Below are positions 11,478 through 24,805 of a DNA stretch of 64,000 nt, in pieces. Both the position numbers and the translations under genes were made by a program. Positions within the stretch are counted from its first letter, which is position 1, and each line of letters starts with the position of its first letter. Under the pieces are notes generated by a model, which worked only from the letters and a program-made list of their open reading frames with translations, was not told where the DNA came from and searched no databases. The DNA comes from Paecilomyces variotii (Eukaryota). Location of the stretch: NCBI GenBank assembly GCA_004022145.1, contig RCNU01000001.1; one strand, given 5' to 3'.

Positions 11478-13512
11478 TCACCCTTCGAATATGTTCTGCT
11501 GCAACTCCACCCCCATCTCCTTCGCCATTACCTGCATATGGGCTTCAATATCGTCTTCCATACCACCTCCCCCGCGGAAGAACTGCCTGATCTTGGTGAA
11601 ATAGAAGAAGACGTCTGTTGTGAACAGGACCATCTTGAAGACAATATGTCGGCCGAAATTGGCGATTTTCTCATTCAACGGCAAGTCTGGAGACTCGACG
11701 AGTGCACGGGATGCCCATGTTCCAGTAATTTTGATGCGGTTGACAGGCGAGCCTAGGAACTGGTTGTTGGCTTGTACGATGCGGAGATTACGGCCGACGA
11801 AGAGGAGTTCCTGTGGCCATTTCCGCTCGTCACCGATGATCTCGCGGATTCCCTTGCGGGCTGCTTGTTGGATTTCATACAAGCGTTGAGCCTTTTCGCT
11901 CTTGCTGAGACCCTCGAGACTCTTCGTTGTTGATAGGTCTCCGCCGCGGTAGGGCTTCATCAAAGTTGCGGAAGCGAAGATATCGGGATTGTTCACACCC
12001 CAGCTGCGAGTGATCTCACCAAGAGCTTTGTTGTCGAAAGTCAAGAGAGCCTTCCAGAAGCGAGCATATTGGTGTCTGAGTGTGGGGTCCATGTGGATAT
12101 AGAGTCCGTGATCGATGAGCACTAATTCTGCCTTGCCTGAAGGCTGGCGTCGGACGAAGATGTTGCCAGGATGAGGGTCGCAATGGACCCAACCCCAAAG
12201 GAATATCTGCGCGGAAAAGAGATCGACCATAGTTTGCATCACATCTTTCACAGATAGGCCCAGTCCGCCACGCTCCTTCCAGCCTTTCCAATGATTGCGC
12301 TCCGGTTTGATCATATCAAAGCCTGTTCTCCTGGCGATGGACTGGAGGGCGGGTTGGCGGCCTGGAGGATCCAGTGGCGTTCCATGACTGCCAGGACTGC
12401 CTTGTCTCCAGGATCCTTGCCATGGCTTCGTGATGGACTCTTTGTCCCACAACCGCACGCCTTCGATCCATTCCGTTGTCATGACGCGTTTAGAGCTCAG
12501 CTCTCGGTAAACCCGGGGGATGTATACCCTGTCCCGTAGACGTGATTCCCCAGCCACAAGCTCTGCCATCCTTTCTGAGTTATCCGCTTCATTCACGAAA
12601 TCTGTCTCGAGGAGCAACCGTTCACTGACGAAGGGAACTAGGTTATAGAATGGGAGATCGAACCACTTGCTGTAGATCCACGCGACCACCCTGTATAGTT
12701 GTTAGCGCTGTGATAAAACATGGAAATGGCATGCAATGGTCATACTTGAAAGCCCAAAGATCCCACTTGACTTGCTGCGCGATCTCTCGCTTCTGGATTT
12801 TAATCGCAACCTCCCGGCCATCTTCCAGTCTCGCCCAGTGTACCTGAGCCACGCTGGCACTCGCTCTAGCTTTCCGCTCCATGACGCCTTTCTTCGGGTC
12901 GCCACTGAATGAAACGCCAAATACTTCCTCGACTGGTTTCCCGAAGTCTTCCCTGATCACCTTTTCGACGTCCTTCCACTCATCCTGCGGTGCATCGTCG
13001 AACATGCGCGAAAACATCTTCTGGAATTCCGGCGGCAGAATAGCCGACTGCAGCGCGACTGCCTGTCCCATCTTCAAGTATAGCCCACCATTGTGACGCA
13101 GGAGACTTGATAGACGTTCCGCATTGCGCGCATGTACAGCCGTTATGTTTTCGGCGAATGGCGGGTTCGGGCGGAAATTGATCTTGTAATCCAAAGCGAC
13201 CACCAGACCCAGGCCAAAGGTGCGTGAGGTTCGAAGCAGGGACGACGAATAGAACTGTCTATCGACGCCGTAGATTATGCCCGCAGTCACAGTGAAGTAG
13301 AATAACCGTCGTAGCCATTTTCGTGTGCGATCGTATGTCTTTGCGGGGGTCGCTTTGCCCAAGGAGCTCGGAGCAGGAGGCGCAAAGGGCTGGAATTCAT
13401 TGGGATGGATGTATCTGCGTGTCGGAAATCGCAATGTCTGTATTTTATTTGCGCATGGTCGAGCATGCGACCATCGCAGACAGCTGGAGCGCATTGGCCT
13501 CGCAGCAGCCAT
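11478..13512 (-). CDS. Mitochondrial ABC1/UbiB (ADCK1/Mcp2-like) atypical protein kinase; exons 13512-12746 and 12690-11478
   Basis: NGGLYLKMGQ, ASASVAQVH, VAIKIQ, HCDPHPGN and LIDHGLY motifs; Arg-rich presequence; 55-nt GT-AG intron. Confidence 0.92.
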
Positions 13513-13958
13513 TGTTCTGCGGCGTAGGCTGCTGTCTTAAGCAGAAATAGGACGGGATTAAAAAGCCCATTCAAGAGCCTGGGGAAGAACGAACGTGTCC
13601 AGGATCAAGCCAGTCCATGGCGAACCTGCAGCGTTGGTGAGAGATAAAACGAAGATGGATGAAGTTCATCGTGAGATGTCGGCCTGTCGTCATCTGCCGT
13701 TCTTTCTTTCGGCGCTCGGCTTCCGTTCTCGGAGCAACAACAACAATCCCCGAGATAATATGGATGTGATGTTGATTCATGTTAAGTGTTGGATTCTTCA
13801 GCAGCGAGGATCTTGTGAGGTCTAATTATGTCCATTGATCGTTGATACGCTGAATACATCTATCTATTATTTTGCAGACGGACGCGACCTTAGTTGTCCA
13901 TGTCTTTGGGTATGGAAAGTCTATATAAGTTTTCTCGGAACGGCTCTGGTAGTTTTCT

Positions 13959-14972
13959 TCATTTCAAGGCAGAACCGTGCCGTAGTTCTTTGAGTTGGGC
14001 CTCATATCGTCCTTTGAGAAGTGCATAAAAGGTCTCGAGCCGTGGCATCTTCAGACCGTGTCTCCGTCCCAATCGAACCGCGTTCCCGATAATAGCTTCG
14101 ACTTCAAACATCCTCCCTTGTCTAATGTCCTGAAGCATGCTCATCTCTCGCCCTGTGCCCTCCTTTGCTCTCCTTTTCGCGATGCTAAATTTGCTCTCAG
14201 CGACCTCGACTGTGATCCCTGGGATACCGACCTTATCTGCTAGGGCGATGACTTCCAGCATGACTTCCCAGGCCAACTCCTCTGCAAATTCAGATGAGAG
14301 CAAGAAGTCACCGTCCGAGCACAGCGTCAATGCACAGATTGGGTTCCAGGCGGCGTTCAACAACAATTTAGACCATCTGGCAACTTGGATATCCTCTAGG
14401 ACCTTGGCATTGCCTCCACCTTTGACCATCAAGTCTGCAAAATTGAGAGCGGCTGCTTTGTGGTCTGCAGGAGCATCTGCAGGATACGTGCCGAGCTCAA
14501 GAAGGTTGAGCGTCTCGCGGTACTCAATCGTACCGGGCTCGGTCTGCACAGCAGGAAGGTATATGACTCCACTGAGTATCGGATTTTCCGGAAACGCCTG
14601 AGCCACTTCTTCCTCAATCATAATGCCATTTTGAGCAAGTACAATCGCCGTGCTCTTGTTTCGGATGACTGTCGCGAGCATTTCAGGTAGGGAAGGCTTG
14701 CTGCCCGGAAAGGACTTGGTGCAGACAAGGATAAAATCGAAGATCTCGTCTGCACATTCAGAAAGACTGCGAATAGTTCTGCTGGGACGGTATGTGACAT
14801 TTCCATATCGAACACTCAACAGTTTGAAGCCGTTTTCCTTGACATGGGCATAGTTTGAGCGACAGACGGCTGTGACTTCACATCCTGCTTGCTGCAATTG
14901 ATACAAGTAAACTGCTCCGATACTCCCCGCGCCGATGAGGAGTACTCTTGGCGGAATAGTCTGAGCTGTCAT
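13959..14972 (-). CDS. 2-dehydropantoate 2-reductase (ApbA/PanE family) oxidoreductase
   Basis: GAGSIG Rossmann motif, LVCTK, LAQNG, WSKLLLNAAWNP, SMLQD...EVEAIIG; intronless, 337 aa. Confidence 0.92.
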   Translation of the reverse strand: MTAQTIPPRVLLIGAGSIGAVYLYQLQQAGCEVTAVCRSNYAHVKENGFKLLSVRYGNVTYRPSRTIRSLSECADEIFDFILVCTKSFPGSKPSLPEMLATVIRNKSTAIVLAQNGIMIEEEVAQAFPENPILSGVIYLPAVQTEPGTIEYRETLNLLELGTYPADAPADHKAAALNFADLMVKGGGNAKVLEDIQVARWSKLLLNAAWNPICALTLCSDGDFLLSSEFAEELAWEVMLEVIALADKVGIPGITVEVAESKFSIAKRRAKEGTGREMSMLQDIRQGRMFEVEAIIGNAVRLGRRHGLKMPRLETFYALLKGRYEAQLKELRHGSALK

Positions 14973-15456
14973 GTTTGGAATATAGTTCTGGCGGTCTTTC
15001 GAGTCTGAGGTCTGGCTAAGCGATAAGCTATTCCATCATCTTAAACGTCGCAGCCTGAAGCAGCAATTTGTTATACCCCGGAAGTTGACAGCCCGTAGAC
15101 GGGCAGTAAACCGCGCTGATATGCAAAAGATGAATATTGATATTAGTGGTGTTTGGAAAGCCGAGTTACTTAAGCTCGGGCGAGAATTTGCCCCTCTTCG
15201 AATCTTCTTATCGCCAGGCTGCGGGAGCTGGCATCAAGAAATCACCATCAATGAACCGCTCTCATGACAGGGCACGATTCTTTAGAACTAGCATGGAGGA
15301 AGAGAGCACTGGTGCCGGACTGCTTGAATCCTGTCATAATATGCATATTAGCAGTGCATAGAAGGGCTGCTAGATAATGCTAAGGTTGTATTCTGTACTG
15401 TCTTCAAAGCAGCCGACTACAGCATTTGTTTTTAAGAACTCCAGACCGAGCACATA

Positions 15457-16155
15457 TTAGGTCCTTGCCTGCGGCTTTCTCCTCGTGGACGGTTCAATAA
15501 GAACGTCCTTCCATTGCCCAGCTAGACCACCCGGAGAGTCACCAAGCACTGGGTCCTTGTCTGGCTTCGCAACAGTCCATATAGCTTCAAAGTTTCCAAC
15601 ATCATGATCCCCACCGACAGCGACATCCCAATGACCGCAATTCTTGGGATATGCTCCCATCATAGTGAACCCCGTAAGTTCTATCTTCGACAACGCCTCT
15701 TTCACATCAGACGCTTCGACCCCCCGTCCCTTACCAGGCGTAAGTAAGGCAAACGAAGCAGCCGGGCTGGTATTATGTGTCTTGTGCGCCACGCCAGCTG
15801 GAATTACAAAGGCATCACCGGCCTTTGCATTGATCTCAACTCCACCATCCTCTTTGGCGCCACCCCAAGTGCTTTTATGGAGGTCAGGGTCCGTATCAGC
15901 GACCCCAAACCGAATGGTCGCCGTCCCAGTCAAGACGACCATGCACTCATGGATCCTTGAATGGTAGTGAGATTCTTGTGTTGGACCGTATCTGAATATC
16001 CATTGTGTTTTCCAATCGTTCTCGTGGAATCTCTCGTGTATATTTTCGGGATGGAGTTCAGAGTCGGATAATATTCCTTTATAATGGAGTAAGGGTTGTG
16101 GAGAGTTGGGAATGAGCTTTGTGGGTGGGAGATGGTATTTGTATATTTGCACCAT
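15457..16155 (-). CDS. Cupin-superfamily protein (YjlB-like)
   Basis: IPNS..PLLHY, HYHSRIHE and GDAFVIPAGVAH cupin motifs, MMGAYP, DPVLG. Confidence 0.85.
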   Translation of the reverse strand: MVQIYKYHLPPTKLIPNSPQPLLHYKGILSDSELHPENIHERFHENDWKTQWIFRYGPTQESHYHSRIHECMVVLTGTATIRFGVADTDPDLHKSTWGGAKEDGGVEINAKAGDAFVIPAGVAHKTHNTSPAASFALLTPGKGRGVEASDVKEALSKIELTGFTMMGAYPKNCGHWDVAVGGDHDVGNFEAIWTVAKPDKDPVLGDSPGGLAGQWKDVLIEPSTRRKPQART

Positions 16156-17313
16156 TTTGGCAGCTTGATCTTGTGAACCTGATTCAAAGGATTTATTGAT
16201 ATAGTTAGTTAGGCTTGGTGTTGAACTGATTAAACCATTGACTAATCATTGAGAAAGCATATGAGGAGTCTCTCGCTCCATGGATCGTCAAAAGGTATAC
16301 CGGTTGAATGCATCATGATAGGTCTACATCGGAGCCGACATCCGAGAGGGGTTGATAAGCATATCATTGCAGTCTTGCACGGACTTTTACGATACAGATC
16401 GAACCTATTTAGTTAATTTACGTATCCCGGGTGAAGAGGCGGACCAGAGACAATCTCACCGATGTAAGAATCAATATCGGGTATCAATAACAGGGGATGT
16501 CGATTGGTTCGGCAAACCTCATCAATATGGTATGTATTGCTTTTACGATGAAGTAATATCTCGTCAAGTCGTCTCTCTCTGGGCTACACTATATCTTGGA
16601 AATTTACCAGCGCTTTGAGGGGGGGGGAGGAGGAGGAGTACACCAAGCACTGCCAGATAGGTAATCGCACATCTCAACCGGTCTATAAGATTCCAGACTG
16701 TCGGAATTTTGGACGACGAACCATGATATGGATATTCACCTTGGTACTCGACAAGCCACAACTCAAGTGATTGCTCTGCTAGCGCCCCCGTGTTCAGTTG
16801 ACAGTTAGACATACGCATGGGCGAGGTAAGCGCTATAGACAGCTCAACCGCCTGACAGGCGCACGATTCTGAGTTCTAGACTTCTGACGTAGCTTACTTC
16901 TTCAAAGGAAACTGTAGGATGATAAGACGTTTTGTGTAGTATTATTATTGCAGACCACTGAATTGCAAGGGCAATATGAATCCACATCGTCGCCACTCAG
17001 CTTGACTGAGTTGCCCAGCACATGTCTACTGGATGGAATATGACCATTATTCACCGTCGTAATCATCGCCAAAGTCAGCTGCGCAATATCATTGCTGACA
17101 TAAATCGGGTCCGCTTGTGAAGTTATCCAGGATCGAGATCATCTGTCTCCTGTATGATCGCGCCAAAAATCGAGTTCACGGAACGCACAACCGCATCAGG
17201 AGGGGAGCGTCACTATCCTCCCGTCCGTATCAATCTCAGCTCGGCGCCAAAGGAAGAAGAGTATGTCATTCCATTTGCTTCGTGGGATATACCACAAGAA
17301 GATTTGGTATCAA

Positions 17314-17895
17314 CTACAATTCGTCCTTGGGACACGTTGCCGCATACAGTCGCATATAACCCGGCAAGATAACATGCCACAACTCATCCCTGTCGAAAAA
17401 GAGCAACTCCCTCCGACAGATCTCCGCGTTCGTAATGAAGGGTAAGAGTTTGACCCCTTTCTTGATGGCGACCGTAACGAAACGCGTCTTGAAGCACTTC
17501 CCCCAGTCTTGCAACGCTTCTGGTTCTGCGCAAAAGTGCTTCCCTTGTAGCAGCTGTCGACAGTCCCTCTTCACCATGGTCGCGACGTCGTTGCCCATCT
17601 CAAGGAACCTGTCGCGTACTGTGGACGTCATGCCTGTCTGCACGACGAGAGCCTCGACGGTGGGGAGGAAGACGTTTTCGTAGGTCCATTCATCCCAATC
17701 GGATACGGAGGGCGTACATCCTTTCGAACAGATCTCCTTCTGGTATGCGGAGAATAGCGTGTCTGTGCGGCCGTTGATCGTCGTAAGAAGCCTAATGCAG
17801 TTGGGAGAAATAATATCTAAAAGGGATGCTCCTGCTGGTTGGACTGAGAGAAGCAGAGCAGTGCTACATATCAAAAAGAAAGAGAAGAAGCGCAT
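17314..17895 (-). CDS. Small secreted Cys-containing protein, hypothetical (193 aa)
   Basis: Signal-peptide-like N-terminus (MRFFSFFLICSTALLLSVQPAGA) and about eight Cys in the mature part. Confidence 0.7.
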   Translation of the reverse strand: MRFFSFFLICSTALLLSVQPAGASLLDIISPNCIRLLTTINGRTDTLFSAYQKEICSKGCTPSVSDWDEWTYENVFLPTVEALVVQTGMTSTVRDRFLEMGNDVATMVKRDCRQLLQGKHFCAEPEALQDWGKCFKTRFVTVAIKKGVKLLPFITNAEICRRELLFFDRDELWHVILPGYMRLYAATCPKDEL

Positions 17896-18443
17896 AGCTC
17901 GTCGATCGCGTCAATCAGGGATGCTTGTTGATGTTTCGTCTCGCGAGACGTTGACAGCTTCTGTGACAGCCGCGCCACCCCTGGAAAAATGAGGAGTCAT
18001 TTCTCTCCTCAGGGGCTGTTCGCGTGAAGCGCTTTAAAGACGCACCCTGTTGGCGCCGGGTCCCCTCGATCGACAAGCGCAATTTGTTTATTATGCCGTT
18101 TTATGTGTTCGTGTAGCTTGCTTGCCGGGCGGGGTAATAAAGCCGGGGGCCGAGTCTGGGGTACATCGCGACGACCGCAAACATTTCCTGCGAGATAATT
18201 AACTTGCTCTTCAGACAGCATCCGGTCGAAGACTTGGACTAGTTATTCAATTGATGGATCGTGCCATCTCTTCTGGTGGAGATGGTTGGACTGACCGGAT
18301 GACGTCTGTATGAACATGATGTTCATTAAGAGCCATCATAATAAAATGTCGCAGGCCATTGCTCTCTTACCTACTCATCAAACGTTTTCGGTTTTGCTTC
18401 AAGCTGTGTGAGACAGGAATTCACCTCTTAGCTGTTTGCTAAT

Positions 18444-19546
18444 ATGGGTTCGATCCCCAAAACAGGGACGCGCACCCAACTGGACAAGGAAATCGAGGCT
18501 TTCCTGTCAAAGAACCCCGATCTTCATCTCGGTTCAACAGACTTCACCCACGAGCGTCAACATCACACACGCGTATTTGGCTTCCATGCCCTGCCCGAAG
18601 AGCAGCGCGCCCCGATAGGACACGTTGAGTTCGTCACCCTCCGCGGTCCTTACGGCACGATCCCGGTTCGCGTGTTCTACCCGGAATCTGGGGAGGACAG
18701 AACACGCGCTGACGATGCCGCTGCACTTGTCTATTTCCATGGAGGAGGTTATACTATTGGAACGGTAGACGAATTCGAGAATGGCTGTCGCATTCTGGCC
18801 GAAGAGGCCGGCGTGCAAGTCTACGCGGTCGAATACAGATTGTCTCCTGAATGGAGATACCCAACACAGCTGGATGAATATGACTTCGTGGTTGACTGGT
18901 TGCAAGGTCAGGGCGGAAAAGAAATGGGTGTCAGTCCAGACAGAGTGATGGGCGGCGGTGACAGTGCAGGCGGAAATATGACTGCCAGCTTATGTTTGCG
19001 ACGACTGGATCAAGGCAAAAAGCCTCTTCATGCCCAATTTCTCTTATATCCGGAGACAAGGCTACCATTTGATACGTCGGCTGCAGCAGAGAATACTGGC
19101 GGACCGTATCTAGAATGTAAGTCCCATATACTATCTCTGTCGCACTGTATCGGTACTTTTAGAAGCCGTCCTCCTTCCCGGTACTGGTTGTCAGAGGGGA
19201 ATCTAATAATCACCATGCAGGCAATGGCATTTTCGCTTTTGCAGCTCACTACCTTCCTCGTGGAGGCTCTGTCGCTCCTTCGCACCGCTACATAACGCCC
19301 GGTTCGCAGCCTTCTTCGGCACTGAAGGGACTCCCACCAGCTGCCGTCTTTACCTGTGGCTTTGACTGCCTTCGTGATGTTGGAATTGAATATGCATCGA
19401 CCCTTAAAGATGCGGGTAACCAGATTATCTGGCATCATTTCGATACCCTGTGTCATGGATTCCTGCAAATGGCGCCTTGGAGCAAGCAAGCGCTGGCGGC
19501 AACGAAGCAAGTCGCCTTGGAGATGAAGCGACTGGGGTATTCTTAA
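18444..19546 (+). CDS. Alpha/beta hydrolase, hormone-sensitive-lipase-like esterase; exons 18444-19116 and 19221-19546
   Basis: YFHGGGY oxyanion motif, GDSAGG nucleophile elbow, catalytic D (FDCLRD) and H (CHGF) in exon 2; intron 19117-19220. Confidence 0.93.
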
Positions 19547-20006
19547 TACGGCCTATGAACTCTTCCGCCGTCGAAAAGGATATCGCGTAAATTATCGACG
19601 TGTTTACATATCTTTTCTTTTAAATAGGTCTCTTTTTTCTATGTAGACAGCCGAGCCGTCACGCGGATTTGCGCGGCATGAATGAACAAGCATATGAAGT
19701 TCAAATACTACCCGTGAAATGTAAGGATTACATGTAAAAATGCCCCTGTTGATGTTATCTTTGTGTGCATCTCGACTTCGCGGGGTAATTCGTGCTTCTT
19801 ACGATTAGAAAACTTATCGTATCGGAGCCAATGATGCGCACAGATGGAGATACGTCACGCCCTTCCGGCCAACAACAAAGACCGTTACTTGTTTCCAACA
19901 TTATTCAACAGCGCGCCACAGAGTCATCCAGTCTTTTATAGTTGGACCTGATTACTATATAGAACGATCTCTGTCTGTTTTATTTGTTCTATAATACAGT
20001 GTTCTC

Positions 20007-21262
20007 ATGTCTGGGTCATTGCCTCTGGTTGAGGTCGACTCGCTCGAGGCGGTGGTCATCATCGACAATGAATTGGATCCGATGTCTCCTGTTCCGCCAG
20101 ATACTGTTCAGGTAACGGGTCTAATGCAGCATTTGGCAACAAGGTCTCCTCATAAACTACATGACCGTGGCGATGCGTCAAGGGAGATACGCATGGAAGA
20201 CATTTGTTGCTCGGCACATGGCTTGTCTATCCTAGTGGTAAGTTACGAATTATTTACAGGCGCAGATAGAAAGTACTTAACCCGTACGTCTAGACCGCTA
20301 CAAGGGGGGATGTGAAGCACTCTTTACTTTTCGACTTGGGCCCGGAGGAAGCGGCATTCGAGAGAAATGCAAAGAGATTGCGAGTAGACCTATCATCTGT
20401 CGAGGTGATCCAGTTATCACATTGGCATCGGGATCATTCAGGTCAGTACTTTTGTCTTTATCCAGAGGCCCTGTAATCTCTCAGATATTTCGGGGTCTCA
20501 TAGATCATCCTTCTCCTGACAATATCGTAGGTGGTATGCTTAAAGCCATTCAAATGATCAGAGAAGCCAAGAAAGAGAAAGAGCTTTCTGATACGAGCGT
20601 GGTTGTCGATCTTCATCCATCGCGACCAGACTATCGTGGTATAGGGATCGGCGACAATATCATCTCATTAGAGGCTGATCCCACATTTGAAGAGATCGAA
20701 AAAGCTGGGGCCACTGTTAACAAGCACAGCGAGGCCCATACCGTCCTAGATGACATGTTTTTGATCTCTGGTGAAATACCGCGGGTCACACCGTATGAGC
20801 ATGGCCTGAAGGGAGCAATGCGCTTCGACAAGGAAGATGGAGACTGGTTTTCTGATGAGATGATAGCGGATGAGAGATTCCTGATGTGTAACTTGAAAGG
20901 TATGCACAATCTGATCGTCAATTGTTGTGTACGTGTTAGGTTTTTAAGCTAATCTGCCGGTTTCGCTAGGCAAAGGAATTGTCATGTTCACTGGCTGTAG
21001 CCATGCCGGAGTAGTAAATTCTTCCAAACATGCACTCTCGCTTCTCAATGGCTCTACGCCACTACACGCTGTTGTCGGTGGGTTTCATCTAGCCACGAGC
21101 GAGGAGTCACATATGGAGAGTGCAGTGAATGATCTCAGGAAGCTCGATCCTGCTGTTCTCCTGCCTGGGCACTGCACTGGTTGGAGAGCCAAATTCATCA
21201 TTGAAACGCAGATGCCTGGTAGACTAGTCCCATGTACTGTAGGCATAAAAATCAAATTTTGA
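20007..21262 (+). CDS. Metallo-beta-lactamase-fold hydrolase (DHPS-like MBL family); 4 exons
   Basis: AHGLS, LLFDLG, LSHWHRDHSGG (across an intron), GCSHAG, GGFHL, PGHCTG motifs; introns near 20238-20293, 20442-20530 and 20900-20969. Confidence 0.88.
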
Positions 21263-22606
21263 TTTAATCTTGCGCAATACGAGATAGAGGGTATCCGCAG
21301 AGGTTTCAGATGTCCTCGGGGAGCATTAGCTTCGAAACCATCCCAGCAGTACGGAAAATATCGCACAACAATGCTAGACGGTTCCAGTCAAGAGATTTCG
21401 GAGATATTCGATTGTTTCTCGAGTCTCTTGCTCACGGGCCAATTCACTCTGCCCGTAGTATCCAAATTCTCGATATGGTCGATGTCGATCATTCCTCATG
21501 GCTTGTCATTTTTACCTGGACCATTGGGCCCAGCATGGCTAGATTTTCACGAGATGCTAGGTATATCTGTCTGGCGAACTCTCTCGAAATATTTAGAGAC
21601 TTGACCTCAAGCTAAGAGACACCAAAGAGAGCACGTCAGGTTGCCTAATGCACTCATCATGGGCCTTTGTTTACTTTTGGCCATGTATTGACTACTTTTG
21701 GTCCTTCTGAGATGAAATATCTAATGCGTTATTCATATGCCGGATTTAAAGCCAATGTTAAGACACCTTCGGTCCAACGCTTGCTCGAGGGCTTTGCAAT
21801 GGATCTTTATACCTATTTTTCTTTCTAATTTTTCTCTGTCTTTGAATTTGTAATCTTACTGTTAGAGGTCACTGGGGCCAAAAAATGAGGCTGCGCATCT
21901 TAGCATCTCACTGTGTCCGCCCGATTCGATGATTACTGGCAAAAACCGATTGGCGATCTGTCGCACTTTTTCGTCCGTAACACCGTCCGATTTATCATCA
22001 AGTAGATATGGCTATTTAATTAGAACCATTAAAGTTATTACTAATTCGGCGATTACTTGCCTATCTATTGATCTCCCTTCCAGCTGAGATGAGATACACA
22101 AAGGCATCTCAACAATCGTCCAATCACCTGCCCACATGGCTGCTGACTATCGAGAAACAGACAACCAGATACGTATGGTTCTCTAACAAGGATTCCCCTT
22201 CTTCATCGATATGTGGATCAAAAAGCAAAGTTCTTCATTCTGACTCAGAGCCGATGTCAGCCTTCTACGAGATTCGCTATCGGACGGATCCTTTGGGCAT
22301 TGCTTATATCGGGAAGATTATTTACCATTACCTTTTACTCAGCTAGCTGATGCTGGCTGGAATTAGAAATCATATGGATGACGGTTACTATCGCAGGATG
22401 GTGCGACATGTGTGCCGTGATGGAGAGACGGACGAAAGACCTAGATTTCAAGTTAAATTCCCGGATTCCCAGTGATATTTTCGAGGTTCTGATTTTGTTT
22501 TCTTCCTCATGAAGCTGTTGAGAGCTTTCTATCATTTTTCTCTTGTCTCTCTCTTCTCTTACGTTCTTGACACCTCCGGCGGACATAGTCGTTCATAGTC
22601 GCTAGC

Positions 22607-24805
22607 ATGGATACAATTCGTGAAGCTCCCTTCGCCCAACTCCTCCGTTGGCTAACAGGGAATAAAGTCTTTCTCTATCCAGAAGAGCTTCCAGGGTTCG
22701 TCGTTCCAGAAGCATACCTCAATTCGGACGCTGCTGTTCCAGTAGAGGAGGAATATCCCACGCCACCGTCTCGGCCATCGATCAGCGAAAAGCGAGAGAA
22801 CGGGCCAAATGGAGACGTCGATGGTGATATCGAGGCATCGCGAGTCAGCTCTCGCACGCAGACGGCCACCTTTTCGCAGGAACGACTGGCGCTAGACGAA
22901 GAAGCAGCCTTGGAGAAAAGAACAAGTCTGTCTGTTGCGCCGCAGAGAACAAAAGAGGGTCTAATTCTGGTGGACTGGTATACGACAGATGATCCTGCAA
23001 ATCCGCAGAATTGGTCTTCGAAGAAGAAGGCCTTTACTGCTTTGCAGATATGGTGAGGGACACTTCCTTCGCCGATGCTGGGTATTGTTGCTGATTTGAT
23101 GCAATAGTTTATATACCTTCGTGGTGTATACTGCTTCTTCTATTTATGTCCCTGCCGAACAGTAGGCATCCCGATGTGTACGAAGCAGTAAACTCTGCGA
23201 TTTTTGCTAACACCACACAGACAGATCATGCAGCGATTCGGCGTCCAGCAGACAAAGGCTTCCCTTGGTCTTGCTTTATATGTTGTTGCTTGTGAGTGTA
23301 GCCACCATCTTTGAGACAAGAAACTACTAACATACTCTAGACGGCCTAGGACCTCTGATATGGTCACCTTTGAGCGAGGTGCCTGTCTTCGGCAGAAACA
23401 TACCCTATATTACGACATTCTTCCTATTTGTAGTCCTCTCCATTCCCACCGCTCTAGTGGATAATCTAGCAGGGCTATTGGTTCTTCGTTTCCTCCAAGG
23501 ATTCTTTGGCAGTCCATGTCTAGCCGCTGGAGGTGCCTCAATGCAAGACATGGTAGGTCTAGTATCCTCGAATTCATGATCACTCACTGACTGTAGCTAG
23601 TACAACTTGCTTGTCTTGCCTATGCTACTCACAGCGTGGGTATCCTCAGCATACTGTGGACCGGCTCTTGGTCCCCTAATATCGTCGTTCGCAGTGACAG
23701 CAGAAAAGTAAGAGAATATCCTTCCCGGATGAAATATACACTTCACTAAAACCATGATAGTTGGCGCTGGGCCTTATGGGAGATCCTCTGGATGGCAGGT
23801 CCTGTTTTCGGAATCATGTTCTTCTTCCTACCAGAGACTTCCGCCAATAATATCCTCCTACGAAGAGCAAAACGACTACGAAAGCTGACTGGGAATCCTA
23901 AAATCCATTCCCAAACAGAAATTGACCGGAAGGGCATCGAGTTCAGTTCGATCCTTGCCGACGCTTTGATAAAGCCGATTGAGATCATGGTTAAAGACCC
24001 AGCAGTATTATTCACTAACGTCTACACATCTCTCATATATGGGATTTACTATTCCTTCTTCGAGGTGTTTCCTTTGGTCTATCCACCCATCTACGGTTTC
24101 AATCTCGGATTGACCAGCACGACCTTCGTGTGCATTATCGTCGCGTGCGTACTTGCTGCTGCGATTTACATTTCTTATCTTTACTTTTATCTCATTCCCG
24201 ATATCTTGAAGAACGGGCTGCGAGCACAGGAGTCACGTCTTGTACCTGCTCTGTTCGCTGTGTTTGGGCCCGTTATTGGGCTTTTCTTATTCGGTAGGTG
24301 ATGTTCTGATTCTGCACCTGACTTTTTCTCATGCCATGACAATCAACAAGAGTGGAATCAATAATATCTGACTTATGTACAGGCTGGACGGCCCGAGCCT
24401 CAGTTCACTGGATCGTCAGTATCATCGGCATCGTCATCTATGGCGCTTCGGCATTCATCGTTCTCCAGTGCATCTTCGTCTACATCCCACTATCTTATCC
24501 GCAGTATGCCGCATCGCTATTTGCTGGTAATGATTTCGCCCGGTCGGCTTTCGCATTCGGCGCGATCTTATTCTCTCGACCGATGTACATCAACCTTGGT
24601 GTGGCGAGAGGAATCAGTCTTCTAGCCGGGCTGAGTGTCTTAGGTGTCGTAAGTGCCCAAGTATTTTGCCTGTTTATCGTTGTTATGAACTGTGAAATGG
24701 CCGTGTAGGATTTATGTGACTAACAATGAGCGATTCCAGATCGGACTGTTCGTCTTATATTTCTACGGTGCGAAGCTACGAGCGAGATCTACTTTCGCTA
24801 TCTGA
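22607..24805 (+). CDS. MFS drug:H+ antiporter, DHA1 family (Flu1/Caf5-like); multi-exon
   Basis: VDWYTTDDPANPQNWS, PLSEVPVFGR, LRFLQGFFGSP, LPETS, YAASLFAGNDFARS, C-terminal YGAKLRARS; several short GT-AG introns. Confidence 0.93.
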
